A stretch of 64,000 nucleotides of DNA from Basidiobolus meristosporus CBS 931.73 (lineage: Eukaryota > Fungi > Basidiobolomycota), in the NCBI GenBank assembly GCA_002104905.1, contig MCFE01000110.1, forward strand, positions 104,043 to 168,042. The letters are read 5' to 3'. Below are positions 14,491 through 27,835 of this stretch, one piece after another (the first letter of the stretch is position 1; every line of letters starts with the position of its first letter). Made by a program: the position numbers and the translations under genes. The notes beneath the pieces are model-generated. The model saw nothing but the letters and a program-made list of their open reading frames with translations, made no database searches and was not told the DNA's origin.

Positions 14491-15255
14491 GGCAAGTATA
14501 TCTGCTCGGCTAAAGCACTAATACACCACAATGTAGTAAATCGAATATTATGAATTGAATGTTGCTTTTGACTTCCGCTTTTTTCATAGTGGGCGGTGCT
14601 GCATCTATATAACCTCTATCCATGTTGAACTCACTGAATATTTGCAATGTACAATACAAATGAATGACTTAAATTGGACAACAATCACCCAACATCCACA
14701 TCATGAGAAAAGTTCTTGGTGCTTAAAAATTAATGTACTGAAATTAAAAAACATGTCCCTGCAATTGATATGTCTGTCGCCTAGCAATTTATTAACTTTG
14801 GGAATCTATTCACAGCACAAGATACAAAGGCTAAGTTGCTTCCTTGCCAGTAGCAAGAGCTTTCGTCTCAACAAGTATAAATCTATATTACAGTATCAAA
14901 TATCAACCTACGGATCCTATTGTATAAAAGCACCATGTAGGCTAGTATTGTGGATCATTGGTTGTGTTGAAGGCGATGCAAGAGATTGCGGGTTTTACTT
15001 ACTCCTGACCAATACTGATAATCAAGTTAATGACCCATCTCGGTCAGCCCTACCAGGTTTGTACAAATTATGTGTTGAATCCTTTCATTTCCTGCCATTC
15101 CCTAACATTTCGGACAAACCGTAAACACCGTAAGGAACTGAGGAATACGAAATTGCTGGAATACCCAATCTCATTGTGACAACTTCGATTGAGTATATGG
15201 ATTTATTTTGAACGCTTTCAGAATTTACCATATACTAATATTGGTATTGGATTAA

Positions 15256-16199
15256 TTAAGCATCGTTCTTATAAGCACTAATATGAGCGCCTTGCCAATA
15301 AATGTATTTGGGTCTTCTTTCACTCTCCAAGTAAGCAGCTATGCGTGGACGGCTCTTGAAGTCATGGTAGAACTTGTGTAGCTTAGGGTATTGCTCTTTG
15401 TCCAAAGCATTGGGATCCGCTTGTAGATTGTTGTCGATGTTGTCAAACACACAGACATCAGCATAGGTGAAGTCACTGCCAGCGAAGTAGCCAGTGTTGC
15501 CATTCTCCTCCAAGTAATACTCAAATGCCTTCAGGTAGAAGGGGATGGTCTCCTCGATGTATGCGGTCTTGAGGTTATCCTAAGGCATTTGGTTAGCGCA
15601 CCGCTCCAGAGAACAGTCTGGGCGCTCCAAGGCAAGACGAGTGTACTTACAAATTCGGGGTTGTAGCAAAGTACAGCATACTTGCGGCGCCAGTCATTCT
15701 AGTGATGTGGTTCGAGAATATTAGATCAGAACGCTGCCTAGCAATCAGCGAAACACCAAACACTCAGATATACTTACGGTGGCTTCGGCAACGATATCAG
15801 CCTGAAGAGCTTCTCTCGCATTCTTCCCATTGGCACCTATCACAGATCATGCTCAGCAAAGAGAGAAGGGCATACTTCACAGAGCACATCGACCACCTAC
15901 CATGCTTGTTGGCCATGTATCTCAAGATAGCCTTGCTCTGAGACATCTTGATATCCCCATGCCAAGCAATTGGGACTTGGTGGAGGGGCACCAGGGAAGG
16001 CTTCACAGCCATCCAATCGTCGAAAGTCTCATCAGTGTATGAGATGTTCTTTTCTTCAAGGAAAAGGCGGAGCTCTTCAGCAAAACCTCTACAAAACAGA
16101 GGATCTGGTCAGCATAAAGCACGACAACGCTGATCCGTGGCTAGTCGAGACGACTTCTTACCTGATGGGAAAGTACAGGATGCGGTATTCGGCGGGCAT
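15256..16199 (-). CDS. Glutathione S-transferase, Tyr-type (pi/sigma-like), copy 1, 5 exons
   Basis: MPAEYRILYFPIRGFAEELRLFLEE..QVP..GDIKMSQSKAILRYMANKHG..YFAGSDFTYADVCVFD..RPRIAAYLES. Confidence 0.9.
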
Positions 16200-16820
16200 G
16201 GATGAAGATATTTCAGACTTGAGAATGTGCTGATGATACGATAATGTGCCTTGGTCGAGGTTTTATTCGTAATTGCGAAGCATTCATGATCAGAGCACAA
16301 CGTCGCACCAAGTGAATGATCAGCATACCACCTCATTCCGTAGTAGATATAGGAGCTATTAGTAGTACCACCATACGAAATATAATTCATTACGAAGGCT
16401 GTGCTCTCATCCGCAGCAAGGAATATAAGCATGGCATCACTTGACGTAACGCTTTAAGGTTTGTACTGATAGAACTGTGAAATTATATGGTAAACAAGGT
16501 ACCAAAACAATTCACCTTGAAAGACGTGGAGGTTCTCATTGTTATTGTGTATCAAGTATACAATAAAGGTTTGGTTAGTGCCCCATCTAATCACACAAGT
16601 GATGTTGCTTTTTTAGTTATACCCAAAAAACGGTACTTCCAATTTCAAGAGTTCGAAAACTTGCGAAAGCTCCATATAATCGAATACCAATGCCTCCGAC
16701 AGCTCCGAAAACTACATTTAGAGTTCAAGCAACCAATGGATCACCTACTAGTTGCCATTTGAATTTATCAAGCCGTTGTTTATTAGAACTTATATTCCGA
16801 AATCAGTATTACTACGATAA

Positions 16821-17764
16821 TTAGGCATCATTCTTATAGCCGCCAAGACGGGCAGTTTGTCCATTAATATATTTGGGTCTTCTTTCACTCTCCAAGTAAG
16901 CAGCTATGCGTGGACGGCTCTTGAAGTCATGGTAGAACTTGTGCAGTTTGGGGTATTGCTCCTTGGTCAAAGTACTAGCATTCACAAGTAGATTGTTGTC
17001 GATGTTGTCAAACACACAGACATCAGCATAGGTGAAGTCACTGCCAGCGAAGTAGCCAGTGTTGCCATTCTCCTCCAAGTAATACTCAAATGCCTTCAGG
17101 TAGAAGGGGATGGTCTCCTCGATGTATGCGGTCTTGAGGTTATCCTAAGGCATTTGGTTAGCGCACCGCTCCAGAGAACAGTCTGGGCGCTCCAAGGCAA
17201 GACGAGTGTACTTACAAATTCGGGGTTGTAGCAAAGTGCAGTATACTTGCGGCGCCAGTCATTCTAGTGATGTGGTTCGAGAATATTAGATCAGAACGCT
17301 GCCTAGCAATCAGCGAAACACCAAACACTCAGATATACTTACGGTGGCTTCGGCAACGATATCAGCCTGAAGAGCTTCTCTCGCATTCTTCCCATTGGCA
17401 CCTATCACAGATCATGCTCAGCAAAGAGAGAAGGGCATACTTCACAGAGCACATCGACCACCTACCATGCTTGTTGGCCATGTATCTCAAGATAGCCTTG
17501 CTCTGAGACATCTTGATATCCCCATTCCATACAATAGGTAACTGATGGAGGGGTGCCAAGGTAGGTTTGAGGGTGGCCCAGTCCTCGAAAGTCTCATCAG
17601 TGTATGAGATGTTCTTTTCTTCAAGGAAAAGGCGGAGCTCTTCAGCCAGACCTCTATCGAACAGAGGATCTGGTCAGCATAAAGCACGATAACAGTGAGT
17701 CTTGGCTAGTCGAGACGACTTCTTACCTGATGGGAAAGTACAGGATGCGGTATTCGGCGGGCAT
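16821..17764 (-). CDS. Glutathione S-transferase, tandem copy 2
   Basis: Direct repeat of copy 1 offset by 1565 bp, same 944 bp span and same exon structure. Confidence 0.9.
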
Positions 17765-18679
17765 GGATGAAGATATTTTAGACTTGAGAGTGTGCTGATG
17801 ATGCGATAATGCGCCTTGGTTAAGGTTATATACAAAATTGATAAGCATTTGTACTCGATTCCATGGTTGCACATACTCTATCTTCATACAGTACGAGTTG
17901 ATTGGACACTGGATTGCTTCTACACTATTCCTGCGCTTTGTAATTCAACAGCACTAGCCTAGCTGAATTATTAATACAACTTGTGATGGAGCTATTGGTA
18001 CGGCAATACGGTTGAAATGGTATACGCCTCCCCTCTAGTGCTTCTACCTAATTAGGGCATGCCATTGCGTGGCACCACCTTGCGTAACACCATGCAGGTC
18101 TATGTTAATAATCCAGAAAAAAGGAATCCGGTAGAATGTTTATTAAAGCAACTATCAATCATGATGGACCACGAGATGAACTCCAAGAACTCAACTAGAG
18201 AATTGTCTCAAGCATGAGGTATTGATCTCCTCATCTTTGGTCAGTAATCAATCATTAATTTCCTGATCAAATTAATGGAAGATGACTTTGAATAAACGTT
18301 GGGATTCTCCAGATGCCTGGTGATTTCCGTAACCTCTAGCCAGAGCTGGCGATGGTTTTCGGTAAGCTAAAGCCCCTTGACAGCTTCCATGAATACACAA
18401 ACTTTAAAGCTGTAAACTCTTGTGGTGGTACGCAAAACTGTCTGCCAGATGATTCATGGCGATATGGAGTGGCAACCGCTGGATATCTGCCAACGATTCA
18501 AACAATCCCCAGTAGAATGTGAAGCCAAACTTGTATCAGGTATTTATTAAACTGCAATACAAATTTATGAAATATACATTGACTTGTGCCAACTATGAAA
18601 CTAGGAAGGCTCTCAAGTTTTGATGATCAGTGAATGGGAATGTTGATTTAATGGGATGCGAGATGGGAGTTGTTGCCTG

Positions 18680-19885
18680 TTAATTTTTCGGCCACCAGTC
18701 GGGAATCACTGGGTACACGTTTAGGGGTTTCTCGTCGCTCCCCAACATCTGCAACTTGATATCCGGTTTCTGCAAAGCTTCAAGGCGAACCAAAGCTAAC
18801 CCGATGTTATGGATGCCACCGCAGAATTTAGCATTGTTTCTTGTGTTCTTTGCACCATCAACAGCAATGTCCTGAGCAGGTGGTGGCAATTCTAGCTGAA
18901 CGCTACGATCAATCTTGATTTGGGTAGGTGTGGGTGATAATGCTTCCGAGTCTGGGGTGATTTGAACGGGAAGGATACGTTTACGAGTGACTCCCGTGTG
19001 ATACGTACGAATGGTAAGCTCCTGGCCCACGTAACAGCCTTTGCGAAAGTCGATTCCATTCATATAATCAAAGTTGGACTCTAGTGGTAAAGATGTGCCG
19101 GTAAAGAAGTCAGAGCCTTCTGGTACGCCGTGAAGAATTCGGCGAATCGTGTATTCACTGGAGGGAAGCTGCTTGAAGCTGTGAGGCAACGAGAGTTCTT
19201 TATCTGCAGGCAATACAACCCGATTTCCCAACCCGGGATATCTAGTATCTCGGCATCTAATGTCACCAATCTCTTTAAGTATCAAGCTTCCTTGCGGAAC
19301 ATTGCTCGATTTGCCGATCTCAAAGGAGTTGGCCTGAGGTCCCCATATGTTCCAAACATTGTATTCCTCACTTACATCCTGTACCTTCACTTTTGAGCGA
19401 AGGATGTACTTCTTGATATGCTTCAGCAAGTCTTTGGTATTGTCGGAGGAACATTCAATTAGGAACACAGGTGAGGGGAAGTTGAGCCCCTGGTTCTTCG
19501 GGTATATGAATGCGTCATAAAGAACACGGCCCTATAGACAATTACGTGTATCGGTTATCCCTGTGCACACTGTGGTATCGAATCCTGTCAAATAACTTAC
19601 ATTGGGTGCCAAGAAAGCGGTAAAGAACCCATCCCCACCAGTGGCGATATGTGGCATATGGTTTGTGATAATTCCCTGTAAAAACTTCACGCTGTCATCG
19701 CCATGCAGCTGAAGTAGGCCTCGGTTTGGAACCTTCAAAAAATTGTCCCCCTCATGCAGGGGATCCTTCTCGAAAGTAGGGGACAGTGGAGATATCGTAG
19801 TGAAAGTACGGCATGCGCGTTTCAAGAATGCTGAAGAGATCAGGTGTCGTGCGGTTGTCGAGGTCTTAATAACACCGGAAAACAT
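18680..19885 (-). CDS. IBA57: Mitochondrial Fe-S maturation protein Iba57/Caf17 (folate-binding fold)
   Basis: RGLLQLHGDDSVKFLQGIITN, one intron, GRVLYDAF, KKYILRSKVK, IDFRKGCYVGQELTIRTYHTGVTRKR signature. Confidence 0.95.
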
Positions 19886-20209
19886 CGCAAGAAGTGTACC
19901 AGTAAAATATTGCTTCAAGGAACAGTTGAGGATTAAAAGATTCCCAGTTGCTAATTACGCTGAATTCAGATTGGCACAGCATCGTGGGATACATCCCGCG
20001 AGAGCCAATCAAAGTCAACATCCTAATATAAGAGTAACGATTGAGATTATCGATCAGGTGCGGTATCATTCGACTCCATCAATCAGAATTTTTCGCCCAG
20101 ATGAGGAATACATATGGTTGGAATTGTTCAAGCTAGGTTTATTTAGGAGCTTCATGTACATAGATTTCATGTTGGCAACACAGCGTCAAGGATGCACGGC
20201 AATGGTGGC

Positions 20210-20878
20210 TTAGGCGCGGGCTTTGTTATAACGCTCAGTGACATTGTTCCAGTTCACTATTTTCCAAATCTCAGTCAGGTAATCTGGGCGAGCATTCTTG
20301 TATTGAAGATAATATGCATGCTCCCATACATCGACACCGAGAAGCGGGACCAAGTCAGTAAGAACGTCTTGGTTAGCGGTAGTTTGGATCTGTAAAGATT
20401 TCTTAGCCTTATTGTAGCCTAACCATCCCCAGCCTGAGCCCTGCACTGCGGTAGTCTGAGTGTTGAACTGCTTGATAAACTGCTCCAGAGAACCGAAATC
20501 ACGCTTGATGGCTTCCAGTAGCTCACCCTTGGGAGGTTCGCCACCTCCCTCCTTAAGAGGGGCCAGGTTGGTCCAGAAAATACTATGATTAACGTGACCT
20601 CCACCGTTGAATTTCAATGCAGGCTGCAAGGAAATCTGGGTGGTAAGGTCATTTTTGCTGATTGCTTCGGAGTTTTTTTCTTCGGCGATATTCAGGTTGT
20701 TAACATATGTTTGATGATGTTTACTATGGTGAAGACGCATAATCTCGGTGCTAATGATCGGCTCTAGGGCATCGTAGTCGTAAGGAAGGTCGGGAAGTGT
20801 GTGTTTTGAGCGAAGCGCCACCAGCGAAGGGGCAGCGAAATTCACTTTGGTGGTCGATTTGGCAAGAGTACGCAACAT
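20210..20878 (-). CDS. SOD2: Mitochondrial manganese superoxide dismutase, intronless
   Basis: Presequence [63 protein letters not shown]. Confidence 0.97.
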   Translation of the reverse strand: MLRTLAKSTTKVNFAAPSLVALRSKHTLPDLPYDYDALEPIISTEIMRLHHSKHHQTYVNNLNIAEEKNSEAISKNDLTTQISLQPALKFNGGGHVNHSIFWTNLAPLKEGGGEPPKGELLEAIKRDFGSLEQFIKQFNTQTTAVQGSGWGWLGYNKAKKSLQIQTTANQDVLTDLVPLLGVDVWEHAYYLQYKNARPDYLTEIWKIVNWNNVTERYNKARA

Positions 20879-22244
20879 GATTGATGAGGTGCCGCATGGA
20901 GCCATGGGTGGCTTTATATTTGATGTAGAGTGTCTATTCAAAGTACTCGGTAGTCATGCGTCATCCTTCATCGTGTGACTTGAGTTTTTAAAACGTCATT
21001 CATTACCTGGTAGGATAGTCATCACGCAACCCAATAGCAGGGCATTACTAATACCTGGGAAACCAGAACCTGAATGTATAGATTGCTCGGCCATAGAGTA
21101 GAATTGCATTGCAGAAGCAACGGCCATTCTCAAAACCCGTGAAAGATTACTTTAGCACGACCAAGACATCCTAACTGGCTTGGAGTACTCTTTAGCTCAT
21201 TGTTCGCCTTCTGGCTAGATGCCGTCATCGATGATATTTCTCAAGTGCAACCGAAAACGGACTGCCAGTCCACCCATGGCCAGTGTTGCTGAAACCACAT
21301 GTCTCCCATCACTGGATATTGAGGGCACAGAGCTGGTACGATGCTAATCAATGGGCACCCAGTGCGGATGAAGTAGATCATAACGTGTAGTTGCATGAGG
21401 AATAGTGATCTTTCTTTTCACCAAGCCATCCTATCACTCAAACAAATAATCCACAGTAAATTGGCTCGATATTTCTGTTGATCCGCCCATATGAGTTCAA
21501 TATAAATAACTGGAAATGAATACGAGGGATGCGTTCAAATGCGTCAATTTCGCAGAAGATACAAGCGGCGCTTTCAGGTGGGTTGTAGAACCTAACCGAT
21601 TGCCCCAGAAGGGCTCAGGTACATGTCTGAGTATTTCGATGTTGCTGACGATTGTCCATTCTACATCACGGGATGTGTAGGCACATATTTTCTGTCTATT
21701 GCCCACGTAGTATAATGGTGTTTTCATAAGACCAAAGTACTTGATGATGGCTTTCAGATCAAATCAAGTGCCAACGGAGTTCTCACTGAAGGGTTAGAAA
21801 CAGAGGCAGTCGGATTCTCCCTGATGAGTAGATTGGCAGGCACGTGAGCTTGGTGTGCAAAGCAAGTGAATGTGGTTCATCACATATATCAAAGGGGTTC
21901 TGATATGCAGCATTTCAACATGAACTAAGCGAGCTGGTCCCTCAAAAATAAAGAAAACCTCAAGATGCCACTCAGTTACCCTTGCTTGTACTCGTCAGGG
22001 AGCCTATCAAAGGCCTACTTCCATGCTGTAAATCTCCCCTGACTCTCAATCAGAAATACTAGTACCAACAGTCACCATGTCCACCAATGAGAGCGGCCAT
22101 ATGGGTGATATACAGAACAACCATAACGGCTAGCAGCTATATGATTGCCTCCCCTTCACACGCATCCTCACCAATAGCTCTCTAAACAACGACAACTAGT
22201 AACCTTTTGAGTCTCCATTTCGTGCACACCTTCTTTAGCCCATC

Positions 22245-23243
22245 ATGCGACTACAGCTATGGTTCTTGCGAATTCTAAACCTTATCAGCTATCTGTATTT
22301 CTTCCATACCACTTTGTACCAGGTTCTCTCTCCTGACGGTGAAGAGCCCCACAAAACCTACTCTGCCAATCCAACACGCCTGACTCCAGACTCGTTCGTT
22401 CTGTTGATTTACTTCCCAATCTTTCTTGGGCTTGGCCTCTTCAATGTGTATCAGTTTTTCCCAGCCGCCGAAGAGTTCGTCGTTAAGGGAGTGTCGTGGT
22501 CCCTAGTGTTGAGCTTGAGTTTGTATGGAGCCTGGACTTGGTTTTGGGTATTTTTGAGGTTCAGATTTGTTTTTCCTGCTCTGTTGGCTTATCCGGTTAT
22601 GCAATATAGCAACACTCGCATCCTGTCTTCTCTTTACTGTTTGCAGTTCTTATTACTGCCTTCGTATCCTATGGTCAGGCGTCCTTCTACCGGTTGTCTG
22701 CCACCACATCCTCGTTGGCCAACAAGGTCTGCATAGAGTTTCCGCTCTCACTGTGGCATGCTTGGACCAGCGTTATCTTGGTACTGAACTTCTATGCTGC
22801 CCTCTCGTCGCCATCCTCCCCACACTGGTTTCAGAATACACTGGCTCTCCTCCTACTGGCTGCCTTTTATGGATCGGCCGCTAGATACTTGATTCGACTC
22901 GATTTTGTGGGAGTCGTTGTATTATTATGGTAACGAATCCTAATATTCACGTCGGTAAGGAGTTGTGCTAATACAGTCAATCAACGTTAGGGTTCAGAGT
23001 GGCATTGTGGTTAACCAATCATCGATAGTTGTACGCTACTACACTGCCTTTCAGATGGTGGTGATCGTAATGTTGAGCACTATCCGTATACACGAGTACA
23101 AAGCAGAAGAGGCCACACCATGGGTTAGAAGTCTGGCGGAGTTTTATCAGTGGCGAAATCCCGAAGAAACCTCACCGCTGCTACCTGGCATCAGCCACGG
23201 GCCGACTGTTTACACGACGCCTCAGGTCAACGTGAGCGCCTAA
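22245..23243 (+). CDS. Multi-pass membrane protein (fungal DUF1774/TspO-like), multi-exon
   Basis: Hydrophobic segments: LRILNLISYLYFF, TRLTPDSFVLLIYFPIF..VYQFF..VVKGVSWSLVLSLSL..WTWFWV, IEFPLSLWHAW. Family assignment is from recalled motif pattern. Confidence 0.6.
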
Positions 23244-23903
23244 GTACTCTACCAGGCACAGAGACGGTAGCGCTGTCCCCGTTACAGCTTCTTGCGCATC
23301 CAGTGAATCCCTTCTAGATATTCTATTAAAGCTACTTCAATCCCCTTCGATGGTTCCATCCTCGTGCATGTTCCTTTTTCAACCACACCCTTACATCTCC
23401 GATACGAGAATAAATAAAGTTGGCCATTTCGGACACACCGTTTATGTATTTGTGTGCGGCTGACGACTTGGAGCAGCCTGTCACAATCAACAACTACGCC
23501 AATGGGCAGCCTGCTCTTCGAATTGCTGCAGGCCAATTCCTCAGGAACTCATGATCAGCAAGTAGCTAGTTGTCAAGGGTATCTTAAAGCGGAAGGTGCT
23601 CGTAGCACGCAAACAAGCCGACGCCATCCAATGAAGTATCGCCTGTTTGGAATCTTCAATGCCAGCTTTTTCTAGCTCCTGCATCAGCCAATAAGGCCAT
23701 GATCGGCACCTACACTCACAGTGAATCATTGATTGATATGGGCCGTGAAAATCTTGATATAGCACCTATTCATAGCAAGACTTCCTCCTAGAGTATTGGT
23801 AAGTGTGTGGGCTGACGACATTTTCTTGGCCGTATTAATCACGTATACCCCCTAACATACACCTATACCTTATCTACCTGGAAGAGCAGTAACGGTGTGT
23901 AAG

Positions 23904-25947
23904 ATGCTGGACGAAAAGAGTACAATTGAGATTGGCATCATTGGTGCCGGTGATATGGGTCGTCTGTATGGGCGAAAGTTCAAGGAAGCCGGTTGGAAGA
24001 AGTACGTACAGCCAATTTTCCTTGCTCGTCTCGACAGCGGGAATCCCTACTTAATCTCTGGATTACTAGTGTGAACATTTGTGACCTGCCCTCGCGATAT
24101 GAGCAATTGAAAAGCGACTTGGAAGGTACTCCTACAATGTCTTCAGAGCAGGGAATGTTTGTTGACATAAGGGCTTTCCTACGTTGAGCATAGGCCAGGG
24201 TTTCAATGTTTTCAAGGATGGCCACGCAGTGTCCCGAAGAAGCGATTTCATCGTTTATTCGGTTGAGGCAGAATTAATAGACTCGGTTGTTGGTCAATAT
24301 GGCCCTTGTGAGTGTTTATACCATATCTATACATGAACAGCTACTCATGAATTTATCGCTCTTCAACTGCAGCCACTAAGCTTGGTGCCGTCGTTGCCGG
24401 CCAGGTACGCAGCGCGTGTTTCTTACTTTCTCAATGCCTACTCACTAAAACCGGTGGGTATCAGACTTCGGTGAAGGCTCCTGAGATTAAGGCGTTTGAA
24501 AAGCACCTTCCGCCGGACGTCAATATTGTTACATGTCATTCTATGCATGGCCCGCAAGTAGACACCAAAGGCCAACCCTTGGTTTGTATACATACGAATT
24601 AGGTTGCCCGTAGAAGATGTTTATTCAGTTGAAACCAGGTTATCATCAGGCATCGTAGTGATCAAGAGAAGTTTGATCTTGTTGTGCGCATCCTAGAGAG
24701 TTTTGAATCACAAGTAGTTCATCTGACATATGAGGAACATGATAGGTATTTCACTTGAGACATCTCGTGCTGGTATGGTGCAAAGATCTAATTTCAATAC
24801 ATCAGGATCACAGCCGACACTCAGGCAGTTACTCATTTGGCATTCATAAGGTACGTCAAGATAGAAGGCTCTACTCCAAGTGATATTCCTTTAACAAATT
24901 TGTGTGTGTAGCATGGGGACCGCCTGGAAAACAAAATCCGTGTTTCCAGTAAGACTCGGGATTTTAGCCACTAGCAGAGTATGATGCGAGATTAAACCGG
25001 ATTCTTGATGTAGTGGGAGAACCTTTCCTTTGTCGGGGGTATTGAGAATGTCAAAGTCAACATGGCGCTGAGAATTTACGGTAGCAAGTGGCATGTATAT
25101 GCAGGTAGGCTCTGTTCCGATGTACGGGCTCCGTTAGACACGACTGATACGCGAATCTAGGCCTTGCAATCATGAATCCCAGCGCCCGGGCTCAAATCAA
25201 ACAATACGCGGACTCGGTATCGCAGTTATTCGAATTAATGATTCAGGAAAAAGATGAGGAATTTACGGCCCGTGTCAAGGAGGTAAGTGCCTCGGACAAC
25301 CACCCATTGAATGGTCTTAACCAACGTTGGAGCTTAGGCAGGAGAATTCGTTTTTGGAAAGGCGAAGAGCGCCAAACGAATCTTGCTTTCAGACGATGTA
25401 CTCGATAGGTTTTCCCTGTCGAGTGTTCCCAAGGAGAAACGCAAACCGAACTCCCACCTCTCCCTCCTGGCTATAGTTAATCAACCTGCTAGTGCTTTGT
25501 CTTTACCCCAAGATTAACATTCACCTCATGTGTAGGTCGACTGCTGGCATCAAATGAAAATCAACCCTTACGATCACATGATATGCCAAACACCGCCCTT
25601 CCGCTTATGGCTTGGCATTACAGAGTTCTGCTTCAGAAACCAGGAATTTTTGAACGATGCCATCAAAGCAGCTTTGTATGATAGAGATATTCGTGCGCAT
25701 GATCTATCCGTAAGTGTGGAACTTTATTTAGCAAATTAAGGAGCATGTCTCAATCATTGCATTTCAATAGTTTTACTCAGCCACTTTGGGGTGGGTGCAG
25801 TGCATTGACCATGGAAACATGGATGGTTATCGCAAACGGTTTACAGAGACCGCCGCCTTTTTCCACGATCGCTTACCTGAAGCCAGTGTCATCAGTACCG
25901 AGATGATCCGTACCATTACCCTGAAAACGGAACATGAGTCGCCCTAA
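23904..25947 (+). CDS. TYR1: Prephenate dehydrogenase (NADP+), multi-exon
   Basis: IGIIGAGDMGRLYG Rossmann motif, QTSVKAPEIKAFEKHLP, CHSMHGPQV, HDRITADTQAVTH, GGIENVKVN, KPNSHLSLL, QTPPFRLWLG. Confidence 0.95.
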
Positions 25948-26396
25948 CCAGCCACACCGACCAACACTAAAGGTGGTGCTGCCATTGTAATCTGTTGGTG
26001 ATGAGCACCGTCCCTATCCATACGATTTACCGCTTAATAAAAGGCAACTACTACATGTAGATGTGGGTTGGCATATTGTGGAATTGAAGTGCCTTTATAT
26101 TACAATTCACCCGATAGGATCGATTGAGTACTATGTTCATAGATATAGAGTTAAGTTGAAGAGACGGAGATGAGACGATTAAGCTATCGTAAAATTACAA
26201 TGTGTTGCATCATGAAATATTTCCCTGGAGTAATCCTGGATGTGTGTTAATGGGAAAGATTTCAAGCTCAACGGAAATTATCCAGCAGAAAATAAATTTA
26301 ACAGGGTTCGATGGCTTTCTTTTTGCTCGATATGCATGCATGCGGTGGATAGATACAAATGGGATTCCCTCGGGTGTACTTCGATCGAGCTTGCGC

Positions 26397-27835
26397 TCAC
26401 TCAAGCAGGCTAACATCTACTCCGTGGGCAACATCCCATACCAGGATCTTCTGGTCCTGACCAACACTGTATGACCCTGTGTTAGAATCTGCTTGCGAAA
26501 CCAATAAACTAGACAACGAGCTTACCTGATGATTTTCGTTAAGCTAAATTGAACATCGAAGACCCAGCTAGAATGCCCGTTTCGCAAGTCGAGAATACAC
26601 TTGCCCGTTTGTATATCCCAGACTTTGACGGTCTGGTCATAAGAGCCGGAAACCAGATGCTTTCCAGAGAGGTGTAAGGTGCGCACAAGGTCGCGGTGCC
26701 CAGTCAGAGTTCGCAGGCATCGGCCACTTTGGGCATCCCACACCTTGATGGTGTAGTCATTAGAGCCAGAAACTACTCTTTTTCCATCAAATTGGACGCA
26801 AGCCAGCCCACGGGTATGTCCTACAAATTCACGAATACACTCTCCGGTGTTGATGTCCCACATCTTGACTACTGAATCTCCTGAAGCAGACACCAGAATA
26901 TTGTCTTGCAGTTGAATCGCATTGACGGGCCCACGATGACCGAGCAAGACCTTTATCAGCTCACCATTGTGTATGCTCCATACACGAATGGTTCCGTCTT
27001 TTGAACAGCTCACAATATGCTCCTTGTCAAAACAAACATCGAGAACGCCTGCGCTATGACCTCGAATGCGGAACTTGGAAGTCAAGGTTTTCATATCCCA
27101 GACAATGATGGTGGTATCGCTGGAACCTGTCACCATGATCTCATCGTTGTAGTCCAAACACAATACAGACCGACAATGCCCGGTCAAACTCACAGTGCAT
27201 TTGCCAGTGTCAATGTCCCAGAACTTCACTGAACGGTCTCTTGAACCGGTCACAATTTTGTTACCGTCGAACTTCAGGCAGTAAACGCTGTCTGAGTGAC
27301 CGGCAATCAAGCGTTTGTCGATTGACCCAGATTTCCAGCGCTTGTCAATAGTAGAACGTTGTTGATACAGGTATTTCCAGTCCAAACGAGGGTTATTGGG
27401 AGGAATTCTCACATACCACTGCTGATTGAGGTAAAGCTGCTTCCATATTTCCGAGTCACTGGCAATCTGGTGCCAAAACTTCGAAACCAACATTAAGCGA
27501 GCAAGTAACAGGAAATCGGCATAGGTCAAGATATGTAAGCAGATTTCATACGGCAAAGAAGATATCAAGTCTATAGAGAAAATGCGTCGGTGTTAGTGCA
27601 CACTTCCATATACAACAGGAAAAAACCCCGAGCTCTCACCGATTCCAGACAGCTGCAACTCCTTGCCACTGTCATTTCCTTGGCGCAAGTTGGCTAAGAT
27701 GTCGTTTGAGGAAGAATCGGAAGTGTGCGATTTCGAGCTTCTCGATTGGCTTCGAGGGCTGAATGTGAACACACGCTTCGTCAGGCTCCTCCATAGCTTG
27801 GTTTTACTTACTAGCTTCAAAGTAGAGGAACTCAT
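26397..27835 (-). CDS. F-box/WD40 protein, beta-TrCP/FWD-1/Pof11-like
   Basis: F-box DLISSLPYEICLHIL..W..IASDSEIWK followed by seven WD40 repeats (SVLCLDY..VTGSSD, VSASGD, GLACVQF, VSGSYD, WVFDVQF); 3 exons. Confidence 0.9.

Noticed and set aside
14555-15124. 189 aa plus-strand ORF
   Set aside because: Non-ATG start, no recognisable motif, AT-rich gap between convergent genes; probably spurious.
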